DNA from: Takakia lepidozioides | Lineage: Eukaryota > Plantae > Bryophyta | DNA: 64,000 nt | Assembly: GCA_030704615.1 (NCBI GenBank) | Contig: CM060734.1 | Coordinates: forward strand, 63,116,001-63,180,000 | Reading direction: 5' to 3' | Shown: positions 52,401-64,000 of the stretch, piece by piece | How the letters are laid out: each line of letters starts with the position of its first letter | Numbering within the stretch: position 1 is the first letter of the stretch | Program-made: the position numbers and the translations under genes | Notes under the pieces: generated by a model | Seen by the model: the letters and a program-made list of their open reading frames with translations, nothing else | The model's database searches: none | Told to the model about the DNA's origin: nothing

Positions 52401-55400
52401 TCTTCTTAGAGTGGTAACTAAGTGGTAATCCAATGGCTGCACAGTTACTTGAGCCACCTCCAGCATTGTTCCAATATCAGTGCCTTCATCAAATGCATTC
52501 CTTTCCCTCTTTCTTCCACTATCTTCCAAATGTCTCTCTTCTACACCAAGACCAAAGGAGGAGCGGGCCTGTGTTCTTTGACACATAAAAAAGTCACTGA
52601 AGACAGGATGGGCCAGCAACTCGCTTATCATCACATTGTACACCTTAAGTTTCTCAAGTGCCATGCCTTGTCTGTTATCTTCTCCACTGCCCACTTGCCA
52701 ACCTTCAGGAGGAAATGCAATCCGCTGCAAAAGTGCAAAACATGTTTCCAGCTGTCCAGTCACATCCAAACCCCTACGAGATAAAGGAGCTAGTCGATAA
52801 ATCCAAGTAAGAATGATACGCCCAGTGAATGACCAATGCGAAATCGGCACTTGAGTGCATGCAGCCTCAAGAACAGCAATCATAGGCTTGGAAGCTAACA
52901 GCTTCCATTCATTGCTGTGCGCAGCTGCTGGAAGCACCACTGAAAATGGAAGACCTCTCAGAAATGCGGCCAACGGAAACAAATCTCCCCCTGGGGATGG
53001 TGGAAAAGAGTTTTGAGACGACTCCCTTTGCTTCAGCAAAACAGAATCAGGTAAACACTCTGTTGTCAACCCTTTTCCTGCTAAATCCTCATTTCGAGGG
53101 CCCCATGCAGCCAACTCTACTGCCCTAGCAAACTCCTCTGGCACTGCATCCGCCACCATGGACAGCAGGCCACAGTGAACTGCACAGAGAACGTGCAGTA
53201 ATGAAAAGTTTCCCTTGAAAACCTTTAAGCACACCCGTGTAACCCTAGAAAAGTTCTGCGCAATTTCATGGGGCGTGCAACATACCAGGGCAGACGTAAA
53301 GGCCAACCTTTCTCCTGCCAGAGCATCACCTTCACTATTCTCACAAGCTTCAAGCACTGCAGCTATTTGCCCAGCATAGGCCCAATTTTGGGCATCTGAC
53401 TTACATATCTCCCAATATGACAAATCTTTGACGGGTTTCAGTATGCTGTGGGCGTGCAATAAGAGAACCTGAAGTGGACCCCACTCACAATGAAATGACT
53501 GAGAGTCTGCCAAACTGGTGGGCAAACCCGAATCAGCTGACAACAGGGCATCAATGATGACTGCCAGAGCTCGTGCATTGGCCTGCATATTGACACTCCC
53601 CAGTTAGCATCAGCTTGGGCTCTTACCAATTGCAAGGTGTGGGAAAGGACTGAACCTTACATAGAACACCCTGTGGTAAAAGTGGGATCAACAAATCTCT
53701 CTGACAAGGTCTTTGACACTGGATAGCAACTCTACGTACTGCACGAAATTCCTGAAAACAAACAAAGTTCTGCATGTGCATAATACCCACCTCATCGCCC
53801 ACCCACATAGAAAATATGAACCATATGCATCTATCAACATGTCTTTACCACTGTAACACTTTAATCCTCTCTAACTTTATTATAGCAGGCGACCACCTCA
53901 AGCTTTTGGCACAGCACTGGTACCTCAAATTCCTAGCTACCTTTGAACGGACACCTTACTTTGTACATTGGGAAAGCACTGTAATGATCTCCGTGTGGGC
54001 CTAATATCTACTGCTAGATCGGACAAGTACTTGCAGTCAAAGTTGTAGAAATACCTGTGTCTGCAGTAAAAGGTTGAGTACACCCGCAACATAAACTGAA
54101 ATCTCTGCTCTTTGAGACAGCTTCAGGCCCTTCGAATCTGCGTGTAGCGCTTGGAGGGTGTGCTCCAAAACACAGACTACAAAAGGCCCAAACTCTGGAG
54201 CCATAACACCTGGAAGAGAATGCTCCACAGGTTGAAAATATCATCTATGTGCACAACACAAAGGGAAGCAGCCACATCTCTATGACCAACTTGAGGTGGC
54301 AGACCTCAATTCCAGCGTTATGGCCTGCAGTTTGGGCAATTTGCAATTGGCCTTCATTTCACATGTGAATAGCTAACTTACAAACTACGTTGCATCTCAA
54401 AGAAGAAGCCTGCAGGCCTGTCCACAAGATAGCAGACAGATGGAAATAAAAAGAACCCCGGATCAGCTTGACTGAAAGAACAAAAAAAGCTGAAAGCTTT
54501 CCTCTCCCTTGAAGTTTGAATGGGAAGTGCCTTAGAAGAAGCAATTTGGCTGATGGAGTATGATTCCATAACCACAACTCCCTGGTGCATGCATGCGTGG
54601 GGATGCTCACCACCCCTGAAAGAATGATGCCCCTTCTTGACTAATGATTCTACCCCTTCAATTTTGCAATGGCAAAGATAAACATGCGCCATGAGCTTAT
54701 CACACCTACTGATTAACTCACCCTGCCCAGAGGAGCCCTCCTCCAGAGTGTCCGCAGCAAGAAGGGAGTGCAATTGGTCCAAGTACTTGTACAGATTCCT
54801 CCCCACAGCCACTACTGCCTCAGAAATAAATTCCACAATCCATTTTAGGGACCCGTAAGGGTGCCGTTCACAGGGCTGTCATTGTTATCAGTTACACCCA
54901 CCCACCAGCGGATGAGATCCAGCCAGACCATGACTTCACGAAAGTTACTTTCAAAGGCCCCTGTGCTGACCATTATTCGAGATGTAAGCAAGTTGGCCTG
55001 GTCTCTCACTTCCCCAAAATTGGAACCGACCATCATCTTTAGAAGGGGAGTCACATGCTTGTATATTTGGCCGGACCCTGCTATGTCTGCATAGCCAAAA
55101 GCAGAGTGTGCTGACGTGGGGCCACAGTCAGGAGCCCCTGTGGACGCTAACAGCAGAGACAAGAAGGCCTTTTGCTGTGCAAAAGACAGTTGTGTTGAAT
55201 TGGGTGGTAGCATTCTGAAAGGGTCGAAGCCTTTGTCAGCAAAAGCCAACGGCAGCACCCTCTACAACAAACACAAAAACAGCATAAAGATTCAGCATCA
55301 GAACATTGCCAACCAAGATCCAAGAAACTGGGACTCGCTATTGCAGGAAGGCAGCAGACAGTGTGGCTAAAGGTGGCATTTTGTGCTGTATGGTGCTGTG

Positions 55401-58400
55401 GGGTAATTGTCGGGCAGCAGGCACAGGAAAGACTAACATGAAAAGCTTGGGAGGTGCGGGTTATCATCTGCTGACTACCATCAAACGTATAAAGCTGCAT
55501 AGTCCATTTCATCTCCCTCTCATTCTATGCCTAGGAAGAGCTTCTACACTTCTGTATCTATGTCTGGCTATTTCAGGGTCCTGATGTGATCTTCAGGCAT
55601 CTGAGAAAATCTGCATGTATGTGTGTAACCATCCCTCTATCTGTGCTTCGAGTGTTCCGGACCTGATATGCAGCAAGCACTTCAAGAAGTTTTGCATGCA
55701 GGAAACACCCAGTGTCTCCTCCCCACTGATTGTTCTGACTTAAAACCATTTCTGCTCCCCACACTTGTGCAAGTATCTGTCCTTCTTCCCTATTATCCAG
55801 ATCATCCTCCTCTTCAGATTCACCCCCATCCCTACCACTATTGCCTTTCACTTTCCTCCTCCTTTTGCCAGCCCTGTACCCCTTGGCACTGCAAGTTCTT
55901 TTCTGACTATCAAAAGAGTCTTTGTTTCCCCTCGAGGTGTCCGTAAAGACGAGTGAATGATCAATAAGGTATTTCGATCGGGTAAAGAGGCTCGCATTAC
56001 ATCCTGGATATTCTCAGCCAGTTGCAACCAGTCCTGCCTATACAATTCCGTCTCTTCTTTACTATGAACTTTATTCATGCAGCTGTTTCCCCCTTGCACG
56101 CCTGTCAGATTTCCTCTCCAAGAGTCCTGCCCACTCTGCACAGATTTAGAACTTCTCACTGTTTTACCCTGTGCAAGTCCAAACTCACAGCCATGCATGC
56201 AGATCCCTTCCACTTCTAAGCCACCCACAGGGTTCTGCATAGAAAGAGCCTCTGCTGCATAAATAGCAGCATCAAGAAATCGCTCTACCGACAACAGTGC
56301 CTCAAGTAACACTCGCAAGGAAGCATGCTTGACCAGCAAATTTGCATGCTGTAGGCCCCTGTTGAGGGCCACCCTGGGGAGAGCACGGGGCAGTAGACGC
56401 CGCAAACTGCTTCGAACCAGGGGTCCGTCAAGCGTGGGGGTAGGGAGACCCTGTAAGGCCATGGAAGAGAATGAAGGTGGCGTGCTCGCAATACATATCA
56501 AGTCAGCAATGAGAGACATGGCGGAAAACCTGCACAGAAATGTTGGCGCCATCAATAATTGCGCAAGCCAGTCTGCAACTGTGCAAAGTTATGGTTGGAT
56601 GCTTCTGTGGTGAAAATGACAGGCAGAGTTTTTGCTTCCTGTTATATGCAGAAAAATGTCTACATGGCCCTGCTGAGACAAACACACACAATGTGGTGTA
56701 TGTTCAACCAACATACATCATTAGCTTATCATCTATAGCATCAGCATTGGCTCCTTCTATCTGTAAGCCAGAGTAACAATCTAGGGAAAAGAAAAACTTG
56801 GCTCTGACTTCAAAAAAAGTCCTCACCACGAAGGAGAAGATCGAGGCTCCAACGAAAATGGGACAGAATCCAAGTATGCAGCAGCCAGCTTTGGTCTTGC
56901 TTTCGCAATGGCCAACAGAAGCTCTCTATGTCGGCCCACTTCAGTTGCCCGCAGTCGCAGCATTAATCGGAGCAACCGACCCTGCCCTCCACCAAAGGCC
57001 CCAGATTTTGCCCCAGGTAGCCCCCAAGCCACAGTGCTTTCAGGACACAAGCCATGGGAGGGATCTGTACAAAGGGACAACAGCATTTGGTAAGCTAGGT
57101 CCGCTGAATCACCAAATAGATCATTGCCAGCAATTCGCGCCAGCTGTTCCAGAGCCACATCGCCAAAGACAGCACTCTGGAGCCCTGCTGGCACAAGGGC
57201 AGCCTTCCCCATCACCTTCTCCCGTATGACTTGAAGCACATGGATGATTGTGGTTTCGTCATCTTTGGCCAAACCATGCAATACGCCCGCATAGAGGGGA
57301 CGCTTCTGAAGTATCCATCGTAGCAACCCCGGATCACCAACAACCAGAAATGACAGTGCAAACTCGATGAAGAAAAACCTAATAGAAGTAAAATGTTAAC
57401 AAACCTTTAAGACATTTCTGAAGCTTCAGGGGAGGCTCAACAGCTATAAGTCGAAGTCCAGCTGGAATAGTCCCATCCATAGAGATAGAACTGTCACATT
57501 CCTAGACACTCCTCTCATGTGGCTGGATCTAGCTACAAGAAAAGGGAATGCCTTTACTGACAACACTAACAAATATTGCTTATAAGGAACAGTGGAGGGA
57601 CCCAAGGCCACATAGCAAGTGACACCAGCTGAAAGTTGCCTTCTTAATATCCATTACCAGCCAGTAGGAATGATCATGCCGTGCCTTCCACCCCGAACAC
57701 ATGAAGACAGATTTAAGAGACCATACCTAGAAGGCCGAGCTAGGAGCCCTTGTCGACCTTCAGCTCCATCTCTCTGAACTGGGGCTCGCCAAGGGTGCTC
57801 AGCAAGCTTTTTCAAAGCTTTAAGAGTGAAATCGAAGGACGTAGCAACCTCAATAGCTATAAGTCTTCCCCGCAACACTATGCATGACATGAGTAGTAGT
57901 GCAGCCTTTTGCCTACTACTCTTGGATGAAGAGAGATGAGAGTAAATATCCTTCATCTTCGTCCGTGTGATAGCCCGCGCAAGCTTGTCCAGCCTCCCCT
58001 AAAACCCTCAACACCAATTTAGGAACATACTTTAGAAACTGCTGTGAAACACACCATCGTAACTTATTCATATGAACGATACTACCTTTTACGACTAGAA
58101 ATTCCAATGAATGAAGTGGTTGCCTGATGTGGACTTTATAAAGCTCCTTTCCAGACGACATGTCAAATCACTACTCCTTGATACCCAATCTTCTCCGGCA
58201 TCTACCCACCTAGCCCTTAAGTACTACAAGTCTCTCATCAGATGTAAGAAACCAGCATACACTCAAACTTCAGTCAAACCTTCATTGCAAAGATCAAGCC
58301 CTCTCCCTGTGCCTCTTGGTCCCTTCTTACAAAACCTCATACCCTGATCTCCATCACAGACATCCACATTTGGCATGAATGTGCTTCTTCACCTCGTCCA

Positions 58401-61400
58401 ATGCCAGTAAAGCAGTCAAGAAATTGCAAAATGGCAGTGCAGTGGACCTGTAGGGGGTACAGCGTGAATTTATCAAGCATGAAACAGCAGCTTTGGCTCC
58501 ATTTATTGCACATCTCTTCAACGAACCAGTGCAGCGTGCTTTCCAACAGAGTGGACAAAAAGCGTCATTTCAAGAATGACGACAAGCTCGAACCAATTAT
58601 TGCACAATTATGATTTCTTCATTGCCGGCTAAACTGTTTGGGGCAGTTGTAGCCATGGAACTTGATTGGGCTGAAAACTCAGCTTCAAGCTACTGGGCCG
58701 GCAGGCCCCCGGCGCAAGCGATCCCCGCTTGACGCAATTTCACTCTTCAAACTATGTTAGAACGAGCAACCTACGATATATGCATGCTTTGTGGACTTCC
58801 ATAAGACCTTAGATTCAGTCCCTCGAGCCCTTCATCTGGACAGATTACACAGATAGGGGTCCCTCGACATCATCTGGGCCACTTTATCTATGTATGAGAC
58901 TGTTGTTGGCATTGTCAAGGTTGCAGGGGAGTTCTAAGCAGAGGTGCACAGCAATTTTGGGGTCAAACACGGCTGCCCTCTACCATATTTGGAATCTAAA
59001 GAGACACTTTGGAAGGATACATTGCGGAGAATAACGGAGTGGAGGTGCCTTTGGATGGGGGACCAACACAATCAGTACTTCTCTACACCAATGATGTTGT
59101 ATATTGGCACAATCTCCTATCTTCCTACAATGACACCTTTGCATCCTAGAGACTTCTCCAAAGACTACAGGTTGCAGGTCAACCTCAACAAAACCAAAAT
59201 CATGGTTTTAAATGGCCAAGCTGATCAGAGATCCACTTCAACCAGCAAGAGATTGAGGTCGTGAAATCATACCCATACCTGGGTCTGGTTATCAACTCAC
59301 CCAAATTTCTGTCTGCATCAACTGCTATGAACAGATTGAGGAAGGGAAAGGCTGCCTCCATACATCGTCAGCCTAAATACAGACAAATACACCTGCATCA
59401 CCCCCAACCAAAACATGGCTATTTAACTTGATCATCACCCTGGCCAGCCACTTAACGGCTATGACTTCTGGGCCCCTGCTGTCCCAGTTTCCTGATGAGA
59501 GAAAAACCTGGAACCTCCGCAACTGTCTTTCCTCCAAGGAATGATGGGGCTAGAATTACAGCACCATCACGGATTGTGTGTGTAGCATTTGCGTGTGTTC
59601 CACTTCAAACCAAAGGCCATCTTCCGGCTTACAATCTTCCTCCCAAATGGCTGACAGCCGGGACCCTCACAACCTCTATCAGACTTAAACACACTGATTT
59701 CAAGACCCAGTATGATCAGCCCTCCAACTTTTTTGAGCGCCACAGCCTTCATTGCTTTCAAAATCCAGAGAGGGTGGAAATTTTGTTCAAGCAGGACCCC
59801 AATAGAAGCATCAGACATGAACTTATGGAACCTCACATCAGGCGAACATGGAAACCAGCCAGTTAAGACAAAACTGCAGTTCTATCGGGAGACATTATTG
59901 CTCATCCGTGATGATAGAATCTTTGAGGCCCAATGGCTAACCACACTCTGCAGATAGAATGTACTCATTAGACGTTGTTTGCCGTTGCCTTGTGGCCATT
60001 GACCCCGCGCCCAATTTGAGCGGAAGGAACAGAAACTACCTTTGTCAGGGGCTGACGCCAGTAGTATGACTTACCTCGGAACAGATGATCCGAGTTTTCC
60101 AGATATCCTCTAGAAATCCCCTTACACAAAGCATCAATCTGCTGTGTGTGATTTGCCCAATAACTAGGCCCCAAAAGGGCCTGGGCTTTTGGCTCAGCCT
60201 CGAGATTTTCAAAGTTGGTAAACAGAGGTACAGGATCAAATCCCTTGATGGTTTTGAAGAGGGCGTCTCTCTGGTGAAAGTACCCACGACAATGAATCTG
60301 AAAGTGACTATTGTCTTCAGGTTCAAAGGTAGGCTTCCCGCCCTGAGTTTAAATTCAGTCTATTTACTTTATCAGGAGGAAGAAACCTTGGTGGATTTGA
60401 ACTATTTCGAGAGAAATGGTACCCCATGTCATTTCATTTCATTTCTTTCACATCTGTTATGGCTTTCATCCGACCTTCTTACCAGCTTTCTGCCTAACTT
60501 CATTACTCTGCGGATAGAGACTATTCACTGTCCTCTCTACTGTGAGATCCGTTGGAGATTCTATTGTCTATTCCAAGATACCCAATCTCTCACAGACGTC
60601 TTCCATCAGGAGGATCAGAAATGCTTAGCTGTATATCTGCACGAGACGTTGACCCTTAGGACAAACCATTGAGCAATAGTTGTTGTTGAGCTGCTTGTGG
60701 GGGGCCCTTCTCTCTATCTTGTTTCATGCTTTCTCGTCCCTTAAGCTCTTTAAGATTTGCATTATAAAGTATCAATATTTATTTCTTGCTACCTACACTC
60801 TTAATGAGAAATCTGTGGCTGCGATGGCGCTTGAAAGAAGAGCATCCATGCGCAGTTCATCCGATCTCACCTGGACAACAACCATGGCCTTGCGCTTCTT
60901 GTGTGCTGACGCATCCAACACAGCTTTCCCTTTTTCTCCTAGTGGTGTCCCACGTCCTCTTCCCACCTGATGCCGGAAAATTTCAGAGAGCAAAAGCATC
61001 AAAGGGACTGCTGTGGAAGCCACTGCCCCTGCCTCCCACACCGATACTAGTTCTGCACACCGTGGTGACGCCAGCACATACTGGAGCAGAACCTTTCCCC
61101 CCCGGGAACCTGTCAAAACCTTGGTCATTTCTCGAAGTGCTTGCATCAATTGAACACTGTCTTTCGAAGCTAACCCTGCTGCCAGTCTGCGTGTCTCATC
61201 ATCCACCTGCTCACTGGCTATGAATCCGTCCATTCCTTCCTCCACCTCAACGTCCTCTTGCTCTGCCGCAACAGAAGAATCGTTTTCGGTATGCAGAGTC
61301 ATTCCTTCCAATTGCTATCCAACTTAAATGTATGTGAAGATACACTAATCCAACGATGCAACAAATCATAAAACATAACCCACCCAGTGGCCAGGCTTAT

Positions 61401-62067
61401 GCTAGTCGGCTCATTAGAATCAAGAAGCCACAAATGAGGCACATACAATGGCCACACTTTCGTGTGTGAAAGCTTCACAGCAGGGTCCAAGCAATGGGTT
61501 TGCAACCGTCAGTGGTGTATCGCCCCAATGGTACTTATCTCGGCCAAGATACCTTGGTATACTGTGTAAGGATGATTTCAATGCCTCAGATAAGTGGGTA
61601 CGTGTACGTTTCTGTGGTTGCGTTGCAACCCTATATTTACTCAGCATCCTCTGGGTCTGCATTGCTAACTTTGAGGATCGACCCCAACCCCCCTCAGGGT
61701 ATAACCTCTTGCCCCATCTTGGATCATTCCACCAATAAAGAAAACGAAAGGCATTAAGTCTCAAGATAGGAAATACTGCAGACCTGTGCATCGGGTCGGA
61801 CCGCTGAGGGAGGACTGCAACTCTGTTGGATGATTCATTACATGTTTGAAGAGAGATGTTCCTTCCGAGGAAAGAACGGGTGATTGCAATTAACAATTCA
61901 TAAATACCTTCAGCTTCTTCTTGTAAAGACTCTTTCCAATTATTCATCTCCACCTCGCCGTCTTCTTCATCGAGCATAGAATCATCTTGAAGCTCCACCT
62001 CCTCATCAGTTCCAAAGGCAAGTTCGGCCTCGTCCCTGTCACCCTCATCGTACTGATGTGCACCCAT
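43475..62067 (-). CDS. URB1: Nucleolar pre-ribosomal-associated protein 1 (URB1/Npa1), multi-exon, with >=4 apparent frameshifts (possible pseudogene)
   Basis: Npa1-type N-terminal exons (SFDFTLKAL, LRWILQKRPLYAGVLHGLAKDD..FGDVALEQL); NopRA1-type C-terminal exons (YDPAYILPF..GLLAVALASISS..RKLGY, LLLTYVKNAI..RLP..FAAEAS, VPLFHSMF..ERLWMLRLLAFGL); last exons PEETDPAWRW|SYNSPWK..stop at 43475. Probable first exon 62067-~61908 spliced to 61262. Confidence 0.88.
46030..46610 (-). mobile_element. LINE 3'-end fragment in a URB1 intron
   Basis: RFRVGSHNLRIQTGRW..RLCPSC..EEHFFFYCPLY zinc-knuckle C-terminus; (CATTT)n tail at ~46031-46046. Confidence 0.8.
47615..47880 (-). mobile_element. Second, more decayed LINE 3'-end fragment in a URB1 intron
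   Basis: Homologous to 46300-46600 (GGGTGGGCTCCCAC, GAAGAACATTTCTTC..CTGCCCTCTA); CATTT tail at ~47616-47625. Confidence 0.65.
58380..60690 (+). mobile_element. Degraded LINE reverse transcriptase and 3' end, antisense within a large URB1 intron
   Basis: Remnants EFIKHE..LAPFIAHLFN, CFVDFHKTLDSVPR, GVKHGCPL, LYTNDVV, LQVNLNKTKIMV, YPYLGL; 3' HCPLYCEIR..LAVYLHETLTLR matches the 46.1-kb copy. Confidence 0.78.
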
Positions 62068-62177
62068 CAGATCCCACTATGGAGTATGCTCCCAATTTAG
62101 CCCATCCAAGAATGACCACCCTATACGAGAAATCCGCAGCCAGCTGCAATTTGCTTCATGGTACTCCTACTCCTAGG

Positions 62178-62247
62178 AGAGAGAGAGAGCGAGAGAGAGA
62201 GGGGGTTCAGGGTTTAAGGTTTAGAGTTTAGAGGTTCAGGGTTTAGC
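62178..62247 (-). promoter_or_regulatory. (CT)n tract plus degenerate telo-box (AAACCCT-like) cluster upstream of URB1
   Basis: Minus strand CTAAACCCTGAACCTCTAAACTCTAAACCTTAAACCCTGAACCCCC followed by a CT repeat, 110-180 nt 5' of the probable ATG. Confidence 0.45.
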
Positions 62248-63559
62248 AGTTGTTGGGCAGTGGAAGACCAAAATGGTCACTACATGCAATGAACACTTTA
62301 TATTAGTTACCTCTATAGTAATTAGTTTTATTATTATTATTACAGAGTTTTTATAATATTATTACAGAGTCTCTACACAAGACCACGTGAAAACCTTGAA
62401 AATCAAATCGAATTTTAACTATTGTAAATTTTTATATTTTGAATTTTTTATTAGGCAACAATATGATTAGGTCACAAAGATGACATGGCACATGATGTTA
62501 TGTCAATGCATCCTTAATAAAGGGTTTGACTTCTATCAAAACGAACGTAACGCCCTTTGGTGTTTCACCCTTTGTATTTTGACGACACCTCTCGGGGGAG
62601 CTGGCAGGATGTGGCCTTCCACCACGTGCATGTAGCTCAAGAACACATTCCGTTTCAGGGAACGTTAGGGGTTTTTGGGGGCATATTACATCATTTTTTG
62701 GACTAATAATATTCATTAAATTCCGCTTATTTTCCTATGTCCACGTCAGACTGCACATAATGGTCCATAATGCGCCGGTGAGTGCCGATTATGCTTCGTA
62801 ATGCACTGTTCTTTAAACTAAGAGTCAGCAAAGAATATGTCATAGAAATTGAAGTTTTCAAGAGTATTCCTAGGAATGTACTCATGAGACTCTGCTTTCC
62901 ATAGCCTGGCAGCCATGACCGCCTCAATCATTCCTGAAGTCAAGGGCTTACGCACGTTGAAGAAGGGGCACACTAGAGCTCAGAGAAAGAATGAAGAGTA
63001 AATGACTGATCTTAAGTGCAGAAACCATGGCCAGAGGTCACTGTTGATGTCATGTAGATAAAATGCCTCTGTATGGACAATCAGCATCTCCAACTGCGAG
63101 GCTTTGCATTCCCCTGGACTGATTGTGTACAATGAAGAGATCAGTGTCATGAATAATCTGGTGACATATGCAGATACCATAGAGCTCAAGATATAAAAAG
63201 ATCAAATTGCTTCATAATAGCAAAACTTGAAGTAAATTGTTGTGCAATATACAAAATTTCAATCAAAAGAATGCTGATCAGTATCTCTCCCAACAAAGTT
63301 CAAGGGTCTCAAAGAATGTCACTTGTACCTACTTATCATGTTTGTTCTTCCAAAACTCAGCTACACTATCTTTGTCAGATAATATGATAGTGCAATTAGT
63401 AAACTGATGGCCATGGATACTAGTAGTATCCATGGTTTTTCTCTTCATATACTCGGCTATGTTGTCATCGCAGTGCTTAACAAGCTCGGCGTTATCCTCT
63501 GCATCTGAATCAAGCTCCTTCACTTTCAAAGAAGAACTATCTGAACATTGATATTAGGA

Positions 63560-63770
63560 GATGGAGAAACATGTACGATCGAATCAGGTCCAACAACAGA
63601 ACTTGAAGTTTCAGGAACTAGACTGATAGAAGAAACTTGTTCACCTCAATTTGTTCTCTCAAGATTAGACGGAGAAACATATACGATCGAATCAGGTCCA
63701 ACAATAGAACTTGAAGTTCTAGGAACTACACTCACAGAAGAAACCTGTTCAGCTCGACTTGTTCTCTCAG
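63560..63770. repeat. 108-bp tandem duplication within a degraded ORF
   Basis: GA(T/C)GGAGAAACAT(G/A)TACGATCGAATCAGGTCCAACAA.. at ~63560 and ~63668. Confidence 0.8.
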
Positions 63771-64000
63771 TCCCATACTACAAAGCAGCTTGCCAAGATA
63801 TATCTCCTCCGGTACCTGGTATGCAGGATACAATATTTTGTAATGCACCATCATAAATGCTTGTCATTCGTAGTATCATCGCCAACCTCACCATCATCAC
63901 CAAAACCCAAGATCATCGTGATCAACAACTGCTCTATCACTGAATATTGCAGGATTGAAGTCTGGAAACTCTTGATAATCTGGAATGTTGAAACTATCCT

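Noticed and set aside
53623-53808. Apparent extra URB1 frameshift or exon
   Set aside because: The exon ending LLQTQ|GT splices in phase 0 directly to CAG|ANARAL, so this stretch is intronic.
61420-62067. 215-aa ORF as a stand-alone gene
   Set aside because: Only the acidic first ~53 codons look coding. A GT donor at ~61907 splices in phase to the URB1 exon at 61262, and the remainder is probably intron read-through.

Overview
Eukaryotic land-plant DNA, most likely a bryophyte (moss-type ARF PB1 fragment, plant tRNA-Glu, GT-AG introns). It is a TE-rich region in which most host genes appear to be decaying. Left to right: a CCDC97 pseudogene (-); tRNA-Glu(CTC) (-); two hAT-type MITEs; a retroelement remnant with aspartic protease followed by a C5-cytosine DNA methyltransferase (+); a deleted Ty3/gypsy fragment (-); an intact 4-exon gene for a 667-aa MLKL/DUF1221-like helical bundle + pseudokinase + jacalin lectin protein (+); a 120-bp tandem array; a ~6.3-kb segment between ~400-480-bp inverted repeats, holding a chromovirus integrase/LTR and exon 1 of a disrupted kinase paralog (-) whose matching exon 2 lies on the + strand at 37.9 kb; a near full-length Ty3/gypsy element with a dUTPase-like domain (-); a second gypsy RNaseH-integrase plus extra ORF (+); an ARF C-terminal fragment; an intronless 'gar2-related/NT-C2 family' gene with a frameshift (+); and a ~18.6-kb URB1/Npa1 gene (-) with at least 4 frameshifts and LINE fragments in its introns. 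The best candidates for novel biology are the DNMT-carrying retrotransposon in a land plant and the helical bundle-pseudokinase-jacalin fusion (a candidate glycan-sensing cell-death receptor). All assignments come from motif recognition by eye; no searches were run.
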